DNA of 64,000 nt from Bugula neritina (lineage: Eukaryota > Animalia > Bryozoa), in assembly GCA_964035545.1 (NCBI GenBank), contig OZ037769.1, positions 9,508,129-9,572,128 of the forward strand, in the 5' to 3' direction. Below, piece after piece: positions 27,701 through 39,700 of the stretch; the first letter of the stretch is position 1; each line of letters opens with the position of its first letter. The position numbers and the translations under genes were made by a program. Under the pieces are notes generated by a model. It was not told the origin of the DNA. It was given only the letters and a program-made list of their open reading frames with translations, and searched no databases.

Positions 27701-30700
27701 ATCTCACCAGGACACTGGTTAATGGCCAAACAACAGCGGACACCAGCAGTGCAACAGTTGATACCAACATTAGCATCTATACAGACATCATAAAGGGTGT
27801 TACTAGCCTACCACCAATTATCAATGAAAAAACAGATAACACTAGCGGTACAGCCACAGGCATTGGTTCTATTAATTCAACTATCCGTACAAATGCTATG
27901 TATAACATCAGTGTAACTGATGCCAACATTGCAAGAATTGATAACCGTTTGTCAATTGATATCAACAACACAAAAACAATTATGGATTCCACTAGTACAA
28001 GCAGTATAATAAGTGATAGCCCTAATACAGCAAGTAAGACCAACAGTACAGCAGCTTCGTTTAATGTTGGAAGTTGTTACAAACCAAAAGTTCCAGAATT
28101 TGCTAAGATAACACCTGATCGTGAAATTTACTCTTTGAATTCCACAATTATATACAGTTGCATAGATGGGTACGTGTTGGGTAAAGGGAATATCAGCCGT
28201 AATTGTGTGAATCAAGGAGCATGGACTGGAGTGTCGCCTCTTTGCTTACGTGAGTTATGGTACAGATTATTTGTATATTTTGAATAGTTATGTTTTAGGT
28301 TATTCAATAGTCACAATATTTTTCATGCAAAGTAATAAAATAAAATGACAATTGGCTTCTAGTAGTTATCAAATAAACTCACAGCAGAACAGGGTTAAAC
28401 AATGCTGGCCAAATTTATGACATATTAAGCATGAAATGTTTACTTGGCCAATAATAATGTCTTCTATAATTTTATCATGCATTAATATAATATATTATAT
28501 TTATTTTTATGTTTAGTTTCTAAATTGAATCGTTTGACAATTGTAGTTTTCATTCAAAAGGTAAAGTAAATTTCACTTGAATTTGGTATAACTTCAGCTC
28601 GAAGATTATTTTTAAGATTAAGTTTTAAGATAATAACACAAACTTTATTTTGCAAGTTTTAGTGTAGTGAAATTATATGCTTACTATCAAAAGTTTTTCT
28701 ATACTTATGAATGATATTCAATCACAAAATCAACTAAATTGATTTAACTAGAAACACAATGATTTTAAATAGCTGAAAGCTAGTCATTGGTTCTGTTTGA
28801 AAATTTTAACCAGAACTTTAACCAAATTAACTGTAAGAAGCGTAGCTAATATATTTGGTCACGCCTCTGACAGTTGATTTTTGTTAAATTCCTGGTTATT
28901 CAGTATGCAGTAGCATTCATCAACTGACTTATCGTTTATTCTTGTGCAAGCAGCATTTTCACGTGGAATACGTTTTCTAATGGTTTACTTAGTATTTGTA
29001 ATACACTGTGTGTAAGCTTAACATAATATTAGAGTTATTGCTAATTTCAATTGATGGAATACTGATAATAGCTGACAGGCTTCTCATTGTTTTATTATTA
29101 TTAATTTCCATCAATTACAGCCTCGTGTTGATGTATAGTCTTTATTTGTGCAGACGTCTTAAACCTGCATACATGTAGTTACAAGCTACCTGAAATTTAT
29201 CTTGAGTGAATATGATGAAAAAAATGTAAATCTCATAATTCAGTTTAATATTGGTCCTAATATCTAGACAGTGATAAAACAGAATCAGCATGTTAACCAA
29301 AGTTTAGTTTATCAATTAGGCTGCAATACCTATGCTGGAATATTATATTCAGTTTAATTTTGCTCAGTTCTAATATAAAGCTAAAATAAATTATAGGGCT
29401 ATTATTTTATTTATTTTTAAAGCATATTAACATAGTACATACATACATCCGTGCAACTATATTCAGTATGCATACGTGCCGGCACACATTAACAGACAGA
29501 TGCAACAGCACATAGATTTTTTTTGTACAATATGTACAAATAAGCATAGTAACAATACTGCAATGGTAAGTGTGCTCACATTTGTAAATTACTTATAACG
29601 ATGAATGATTTACACTTAATATTTTTAGCTGCTTCAACTTCACAGCTATGTTCAGGAGTTCTGATGGATAATGGGCAATGTCTGACACTAAACAAACATG
29701 TCAGTATATGGAAGGATGCGAAATATAGATGCGAAAATAACTCCAGGCTAGCATTTCTTGAAGGTATAATTTAAAATCGTCATTGAACCTTACGGTCTGA
29801 TATATCTGGTTGATCACCACCACCTTAAGCTAAATATTATGTATAGTATGTATAGTATGTATAGTATGTATGTATGTATACTGTATAGTATGCATTGTAT
29901 GTGTTGTATGTATAGTATGTATACTATGTATTGTATGTATAGTATGTATTGTATGTTAAGTATATATTGTATGTATAGTATGTATTGTATGTATAGTATG
30001 TATAGTATGTATAGTCATAGTAGATGACCAAAGTGAACCATTTGAATAAACTAGATGTTATAATATAAATGTGATTGTAACTGTTCTTTTGCTGACCAGC
30101 TTTGGAATGAACTAGACGAGTTTTGGTTTACATTGCTACGATGTAAAATTTGTATATTTCTATATAAAGTAATTGGCAAATTGTGTTTTGATTGTGAACA
30201 AAAATAATCAGAAATGAAGCCAATCAATTTTTGGAAAAATAATAATTAAATAGCAGTCGAAAACTTGATCTAATACTTTTGAAGGATAAAAACTATATTT
30301 TATGGTCCTTTGGCTTCAGCTCTTAGTCTACATTAACTCAAATCAAGTTTCATTTATGCACCCTTAGAATCTGCAGTGACTTTTAGATTTATAAGTGCAA
30401 GAGCTACATTTAGCACTTGGTGGTTTAAATTTGAACTGTATTTGTGTTATTTAAATACATGTAGGCTACTTGTTATTTGATGTTGAATAATCAGTAGACC
30501 TATATAATGATAGTATTTCAAATTACTTTGTATTATTCGATAATTCTATTTCTTATTTAGAAAATTTCTGCTACTATATGAATTAATATTACTAGAGCTA
30601 ATCTTATATGTTAGCAAATAATTTAAAATAAATTAACAGTAATATAACTGCTTGGTCAAGTATCTACGTACAACAAAAATTTTGTTCCAAAAGAAACATA

Positions 30701-33700
30701 CTTTCAGATACGCTTGAAGCTTCAATCTTAGATTAGCCTATTTGGTAATCTGAACCAATGATGATAGAATTAAAATATGTTTTTAAATATCTCTAAATTA
30801 TTTTTGTGCATTAAGACAGTTGTTAACTTGTTGAGAAATTATAGTAAATTATGAAAAATAAAAAAGCGATTATATCATCTCTTTGATTAGATGCTAGTAA
30901 CTTCTATACAACCAATTATTTTAATTTAACACATATAAATAATGCGTTTGATTCCTCAACTCATTAACAATCTAATTGCAGATTAAAAACTGCGTTTTGT
31001 ATTTCTTAATTCAATGGTTCAACAGGATGTTAAGGTTTTACTTACAATTTTTTTTGGTGACATCGCACTAAAAAGTAGTGCTGGAGTGTTATTTGGAAAA
31101 TGTTTTGTTATAGATAGTCTGGTATTAAATGCTTCAGAACATCTACTAACTTACAATAATGTTACCGCAGCGTGGACTGGTGGTCATAGTGCTCAGAAAT
31201 GGAAATGGACTGGTATGCACAGTTTTTATTGGCTTTATATTATTTTCATTTATTATTTAAAATTTAAAGTCTTAGCCTCTAATTTAGTTGCATACCATTT
31301 AAGTTTGATTGTTGTAAGAATATAATAATTTACCTGAGGTTCATATGTGTTGCTAAATTTTCAAAGAAGCTTCTATGCAGCTGCGGTTGGGGTTTTTACA
31401 TTTTTATTTGAAGTGCAGCAGCAAGACCTATACTTTGAATACATCAAGATAAAGTTAAGACAATCTCTTTTTATTAGTGTACTTAGAAGGTTGCAAATAG
31501 TTTTTTTTGTGAAGGTTGCAGCTGTCATTCTTTGCACACCATTTTTAAGCTTCTTTGAAACTTTAAAGCATATTTATTGTATGTTGTTTGATATTAAGCT
31601 CTATTGATTGCATTATTTGACTTCAGATTATGTGTTTCCAGATATCTAATTAATTAATTTCAATTAAAACAGATGATTCAGAAATCACAGATTTTTTTTG
31701 GGCATCTAATTCCGCTCTGAACTTTGGCAGAAATAAGCATTACATTCAATTGAGTAAGGAAGATGCCTATAAATGGAGAGCTTCACCTGGTTCTCATGTG
31801 TATGATGTTTCTGATGGCTGGTCTGTAAACAAGTATATCTGTCAGTGTGAGTAAATCAGCAAGCCATCTATAATTCATCTATAATGCAAGGATAGCACAG
31901 GCTAAACAAATCAATATTAGTTTGATATTGCTTTTTCCCAGTTCTTGAACTATTATTTAGTACCAAATTTGCCCACTAGATGTTTATTAAAGTAAGATTT
32001 TACACCTAGACAGTATAAGCTTGCAATTTAGAAAGAAAGTCTCATGTTGGATCCTTTAAAAAAACATCTAATAGTAGTAACACATGTAGAACTTTGTATC
32101 CCTTAATTCTTGCTCTCACATGTGCCTCAAATATATTATACGGACTTAGGCCTTAGCTAATTTCTAGCTTTTGACATATTATCAAGTTGTTTGTTGAGGT
32201 ATTCATTCTTATTGTCTAATTTGTGATAATCTTGATTGGATTTTCAGTTTGAAACCAATGGACTAGTTAGCATTTACTCCTTAACTAATCTGGGTTTAAA
32301 GTTGCTAATGTGGAGGGAGCCTGGTGATGAGTATAATATGATTACATCTGCTGTAACATTGTACTCAGTTTAATTGGTTCTCACACTATGAGTGTATACA
32401 TACACAAGTGAAATCACACATGCATATTGTATGGGGGTCATTCCGTGTGAAATCAACCAAATTTCAGAAAGTCCCACGCTTTTGCGTCTTAGATTTTGTT
32501 CATATTTACACCAAATGGACCTACACATGTCCTGGGTACTATTCTTGAATATTTCTGACCTGACACAAAACCTTTTGAGGAATGACTACTTCCGTGAACA
32601 AAGGTTGGGAAAAATTTTGAGGAAAATTTGTGATTTTTACTTTTAGACCAATTTATAAACACCCATATCTCAATCATTTTTTAGCCTGAGCCTTAAAATT
32701 TGCTGTGTGATTTGATAACACTTATCAATTTGCACTAGTAGCAACACATACTACAGAATTCTTTGTGTGCATATATGCTAAGCCATTGACTATTGACAAA
32801 TTTTTGTAAATTTTGAAAAAAATTGAATATTCGGCACATCATAAAAGGCGTATAAATGTTTATCCATAAATAGGTGAATATGGTGACTTTATACTTCTCA
32901 ATTTGAGTAATTTTGAAAATTATATTTTCCGAGATATAGACGCCCAAAGGGAAGAAAATGTGAAAATTCGCCCGACTTCACAAGGATGTAACCTGATGTT
33001 TGAATACAGTAAAATCTTTCAAACAAACATTTTCTGTAAGGCCGTTTAGTTTATTTTCTAGATTCATAAGTTTGAACGTCCTTATATTGTCCAAACTTAA
33101 TGTAAATTGCATGAAAAAATGGTATGCGTATGAAAATCAACAAAATGCAATTTTTCAATATAATATGTTGGGATCATACATTTTTTATTATTCACATTAG
33201 TAGTAGAGGGTGGATGGTCCTGGGACAACCCTTCCCCCGTCGAGTCTTCGACTCTCCGGTGTCAGGGATTGTCCCAGGACGCATCCACCCTCTACTACTC
33301 TATTATAATTTTTATTAATTTTTTAGTATTAATTTTAAAAAAATGTATTAATTTTTCTCTCGTTGAGTTTTTGGTGTCAAGGATTGTCTCAGGATGCATC
33401 TATCTATTACTTTATTAGTTTTTATTAAGTTTTAGAAATTATACGTTTTAGGACAGTTTTATTGAGTTTATTGTCCTAGAATTGTACGTTTTAGGACAGT
33501 TTATTACCGTTAATTTAGAATGAAAAAAATATTTTATAGAGTTTTGTTTTAGAAATTGTATGTTTTAGGACAAATATTAACTTTTATTTTAGAATGTATT
33601 TACTCGTTACTATTAGTAATAGAAATAAATTATTATATGCTAAGAATATAATAATTTATTATTAATAGCGTTTAAACGTTATAACTTGAAAATGTTGGTA

Positions 33701-36700
33701 AAGATTCGGTAGATTCGATTATATTTCCATCACTCGTTGATAATATTAATTTATTACCCGTTGCGTCTTGTAATTTAGGAATAGCGTAATTATTTATATT
33801 ATTAGTTGTAATAATATTTGAAATATTTATACCCGTTTCTATAATATTACCATCACTCGAAAGCATTAATAATTTACCTCCAATTATTGGTTGTATTTTA
33901 TTTATAGCAAAATTATTTATATTACTAGTTGTAATAATATCGCTAACGCTTAAACTACTATCCGCAACATTACCCGAAGTAGTTGAAACGGTTAATTTTT
34001 CATTCGCGGGTTGTATTTTATTTATAGCGAAATTATTTATATTACTAGTCGTAATAATATCGCTAACGCTTAAATTACTATCTATAATATTACCCGTATT
34101 AGTTGATACGGTTAATTTTTCAGTTGGCTCTTGTATAAGAGGTATTGCATAATTAGATACATTAGTTTTTGTAACGACGTCATCAACTTTTAAATTACTA
34201 TCTATAATGCGTCCATCATCAGTTGATATAGTTAATTGATTAATGGGATTTTGTATAAGAGGTACTGCGTAATTAGATACATTAGTTTTTGTAACGACAT
34301 CATCAACTTTTAAATTACTATCTATAACGCGTCCGTCGTCGGTTGATATAGTTAATTGGTTAATAGGGTTCTGTATTTTAGGCATACTCGTATCATCAAC
34401 GTATTTTTTTGTAGCCACGTCTTGATCGTCAGCAGGATCAATAACTCTAGATATTTTATTTTCCCCCATATCTAGCGTACCCGTAAGAGTACTACTACCG
34501 TTTATTAAAACGAATCTTTTCGTATTTATTTCCGTTTTTCCGCTTCCTCCGAATTTATAAACACTCATTTATTACGGTATATAAAATTCGTCTAACCCGT
34601 GTCTATACCTCCCATTATTTTTTGAGGAAGAAAGATCTAAAGTAATAAAGCCGTGAGGTTTTTGCCATCCTTTATAACAAAAGTTTTTAAATTCGTTTAA
34701 CGTTAAATCTCCGTTTATGTGATCTTGATATATATGATTTAAATTTTTTCCATCTTGAGGAAATAAGCAAATAAAATTAGCGTTTTCCCGAATAGTGTTT
34801 CTAGGTAGCTTAAAATAATTTTGCGACAAATAAAAACAATCAACGTTATTGTGTCGTCCTCTTACGTAATAACTTTCGCAAGTTTTTTGTTTTTCCAACA
34901 TTAAATCATCGAATATTATTAAATTTTTATTACTAGCGTCTAATTCGCTAGGATCATAAACGTCGTCACTAGATTCTATAAATTCGGCGTCTATATTACC
35001 GTTACCCCTACTATTTTTTAAAACACGAGTTACGTTTATACCCGCATTTATTATCGCGTCACTATTTTTAAAAAAATTTAAAATTTCTTCTTTAGTTAAT
35101 TTACGTTCGAAAGCCTTCCTCATATTTATATATTCGGGTTGAGAAAGGCTTTTACCGTAAATCATAAGTTTATCGTAATCGAGCCAATTAGGTTGTAATA
35201 GTAAGTTACAAAGTAAAGTAGTTTTACCGCATCCAGACTTTCCAACGATAAGACCTCTTATGCTTTTAGGAAGTAAAGGATTATTATTACGATTAATTTC
35301 GTTTTTCCACGAAAGATTTTCTATTTCCATTTATTATAATAAATGTATTGTTGTAAGTGTAAAATTAAAACGAAAACTCTTAATTATGAAAAAAGAGTAA
35401 GTAAAAATAATAGACTAATGGGTTACGGTAATTGCGGTCAATGCGGATGTAAAAAGACTACATTCGTTGGGTCGGGTTTAGCTAATAATTTAATAAATAA
35501 TTTACCTTTCGAATTGCATTATCCAGGTCATAATTTTTTAGGACCGGGTACTAAATTAAATAAGCGTTTAAATGACGACACGACTCCTAAAGAATGGAGT
35601 AAACCGGTAGATCGAGACGACGCTATAGCCATGAGACACGACGTATGTTACGCGCTTAATAAAGATACTAAAACTAGAAACGAAATATGCGATAAAAATA
35701 TGCTAGACGAATTAAAAGCTATACCTAATCCTACGCCCTCTGAACAGCGACACAGTCGTTTTGCCTCGGCAATAATAGGAGCGAAAAAGCGTTTAGGATG
35801 GGGATGGACGAACGAGTTAGCCGAAGAATTACATAAACCCGTACAAAAAAAATTTCGTAAAAGACGAGTTTGGGTATCGGGTATTGATAATATTTGGGCG
35901 GCTGATTTGGTTGATATGACTGAATTCGCTAAATTTAATAACGGTTATAAATATTTACTAACGGTAATAGACGTATTTTCAAAATACGGTTGGATAATAC
36001 TTTTAAAAAATAAGACCGGAAAAGCGACGGCTTTAGCTTTAAAAACAATTTTAACTCGTCGTAAGCCACAACATTTATGGGTTGATAAGGGAAAAGAGTT
36101 TTATAATAAAGACGTAAAGTCCTTAATAAACTTATATTCTACGGAAAATGAAGAAAAGTCTAGCGTAGTAGAAAGGTGGAATAGAACTATGAAAGAGCGA
36201 ATGTTTAAATATTTTTCAGCGAATAATACTTATAAATATATAGACGTACTAAAAGATTTAGTAAAACGGTATAACGAGACTAAACATTCGTCTATTGGAA
36301 TGACACCGATTGAAGCTAGTGACCCTTCTAATGAAAATAAAGTACGCGTAAAATTATATCCAAACTTACCAGCGCCTTCTAAACCTAAATTTGCTATAGG
36401 TGATAGAGTACGTATACCGCGTAAGAAACGAACGTTTGAAAAAGGTTATACCGTTAGATGGACGGAGGAAGTGTTTACTATAAGTAAAATATTATATACT
36501 AATCCGACTACTTATAAATTAACTGACTCGGGCGGGGAAGAAATTCAAGGATCTTTTTACGAACGGGAATTACAAAAGACGAGTCAAGAAATGTATAGAA
36601 TAGAGCGCGTAATTAAAAAGAAAGGTAAAAAGGCTTTAGTAAAATGGTTGGGTTATCCCGATTCTCAAAACTCTTGGGTAAATTTAAACGTTTTAGAACA

Positions 36701-39700
36701 ATTATAGTGGACACAAATGTAGACACTAGACACAAAAGTGGACACAAATGTAGACACTAGACACAAAAGTGGACACAAATGTAGACACTAGACACAAAAG
36801 TGGACACAAACACATTTGTGTCCATAAAAAGTGGACACAAATTAATATATAATAAATGAGTTACTTAAAGATTTACGACCCTATAAAAAGAGATAAAACC
36901 GTACAAGATTTTATTTCTCAAAAGAATAAATTAAAAGAAAATTTTAAACGAGAACGTGAGCGAGAATTAAATGCCGCGATGGCTCAAGAAAAATATTTTG
37001 AACCCGTAACGACTTCGCAAGCTCAAACGACTGACGCGTTAAAACAATTGCTTACATTACCCAATTATAATGTTCAACCGGCTATAACGGATGGAGTTAT
37101 AAATTTAGACGAATTTACGCAAAACGCTTTAGCTGGCTTAGAACCCGGCGCTTATAACGTAAAGTGGGATGGTAATAGACACGTTATTGGTATAAAACCT
37201 ATAAGCTTTAATGATGGTAAAATAATTTTTGAAAACAAAGAATATCCGGCGACTAGAGGACTTTTAAGTCTTTTAACGCGTAAAACGCCTATAGGATACG
37301 ATGATAATGATTTAGCGAATTACGCTAATATACTCGATAATAGCGGCGCTATATATCAAAGTAAACACGGTCCTATAGATAAAAATAGTGACAAGTGGAG
37401 ACGTATCGTTAGACCTATTTGGGAACAATTATATCCTCAAAGAGCGAAACTCGCTGATAGTAAAAAAGCTAAAAGGCAAGTCGGTGATGGAGTAGTATAT
37501 TTATCGTCTGATCCTAACGCTTTAATAGAACGACTCGAACTTTTAATTTCTAGCGCTAAAGCCGGAAATACGGGAGTGCGAAACGAAATTGTGTCTATAT
37601 TAGACGAATTACTTAGAATGAAAATTATTACTCATGATTATTATAAAAGTATTCTCGTATAATAAATGTACGTTTATGATAAAAGACAACGATTACAAAG
37701 ACACTACGCCGGTGGTGGAATAATTGATACCATTAGGAATGTAGTAACTAAAATAGCTAGTAATTCCAGCGTAAGAGAATTAGGTAAAAAGGCTATAGCT
37801 AAAGCGGGTACCGCGGCCGGTGAAAAAATTGTTAACGCGATTAAGAAAAGAAGACAAAAAAAGTTAAACGCTAAAAGTCAAGCTATATTACAAAAACTTA
37901 GTTTAGCTAAAGATAATAGTAATATAAGTAATATTTTAGAAGGAAGCGGACAAGCTATAGCTTATTAAGAAATTATTTTTACTATAATAAATGGACTCTC
38001 TAAATATTACGCAAAAAATTGTACTCGATACGAGCGTAGAGCGCGATCAGGTACACGAATACGAACCCGTAACGGGAACGAATTTAAATTACCCCGGTGA
38101 AATTAGAATAGTTATTAATCAACAAGATTTGTACGTTCAGCCGAGTAAAAGTTATTTGATTATCGAAGGACGTTTAACAAAAAATGATGGAACCGCTTAC
38201 GCCGACGCCGACTTAGTAACGTTAATTAATAACGGTATGGCTTATTTGTTTAAAAGTATTAGATATCAACTCGACGGACACGACTTGGAATATATAAATA
38301 ATCCCGGACACGCTTCGACTATGATGGGTTTACTAACTTATCCCGACGACTACGGCAAGTCGAGAGGTCTTAATCAGTTGTGGTCAAAAGATACTACCGC
38401 AGCCGCTGCCGCCGCTAATTTAGGTTTTAACGCGCGTCAAATTTATATTATACAAAAGCCTGACCCTAAAGGTACTTTTAGTATTAAAGTGGATCTCAGA
38501 CATTTGTTCGGGTTCGCTGACGATTATGAAAAAGTATTATACGGTATAAAACATCAATTAACGCTAGTACGCGATACCAACGATAACGCTATATTTAGAG
38601 CAAACGGTGTAGACGCGGGAAAAATAACGTTAGATAAAGTGTCGTGGTGGATGCCTCACGTAACGCCTAGTTTTGAAATGAAGCATAAACTCTATAAAAT
38701 TATAGAGAGTAAGGCGCAACTACCCCTAATTTATAGATCTAGATGGTGTGATAGTATCGCGGTGCCGCAAACTACTAATTTTACGTGGCGTTTGGGTTCT
38801 AGAGGAGATACGGAAAAACCTAAATATATTATCGTAGGTTTTCAAACGAATAAGACTGAAAGTCAAACGGCTAATCCGGCAGTATTTGATCACGTTAACG
38901 TTAAAAGTATATACGCGATGCTAAATAGTGAGCGGTATCCCGAAGTTGATTACGATATAGATTTTGCTAAAATGAAGTTTAGTAGAGTGTACGGAGACGC
39001 TTCTAAATTTTGTGGAGAATATTACGGTATAAACGAGCTAATCGCTTATTCAAACGTATTACCTTCGGAATATAAAGATCTTTACGCTTTGTTCGTAATA
39101 GACGTTAGTAAGCAAAGCGAAGCTCTTAAAAGTAGCGTAGCCGATATTCAATTGAGAGTTCAGTTTAGTCAAAACGTGCCGGCTGATACTCAGGCGTACG
39201 CGTTAATTCTATCGGATAAAACTATGTCTCTCGGTTCCGATGGAAATAATTTAAAAGTTATATAAATGGAAAATAAATTATTAAGAGAAATTGCCGATAA
39301 TACGGCCTCTAAACAAACGATGACTATAGGAGTTACCGATACTAAAACGAGAATAATTACTCAACTTAATCCGCCTATAGAGTTAAATAAAAATAAAAAA
39401 TACGAAATGTGTCTTATTAGTTTAGATACGTTTTATTCTTTTCCAAACATTAGTACCGATAGAAATTCCTATAGATGGTCTAAAGACGGTGGTACTACGT
39501 GGCATTTAGTTTCGTTACCAGTCGGAGTGTACGAATTAGATCAACTAGAAGAAGCTATTCAAGACGAAATAGTAAAAGAGGGGGGTAATAGAAACGGTAT
39601 TACTTTGCAAGCTAATAAAGTAACTTTTAGAATTATACTTAAATTAAAACCTAATTACCAAATAGATTTTAACGTTGAAAATTCTTTAAGAGACGTTTTA

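Noticed and set aside
29839-30027. (MYS)n ORF
   Set aside because: Translation of a 9-bp minisatellite.
32249-32372. Possible extra host exon before the Sola element
   Set aside because: It has an acceptor-like site but no recognisable domain or clear donor.
32392-33318. Short ORFs duplicated at 48925-49792
   Set aside because: They arise from the non-coding long TIRs of the Sola-like transposon.
36706-36841. CRISPR array
   Set aside because: Units are directly adjacent with no unique spacers, there are no cas genes, and the context is eukaryotic.
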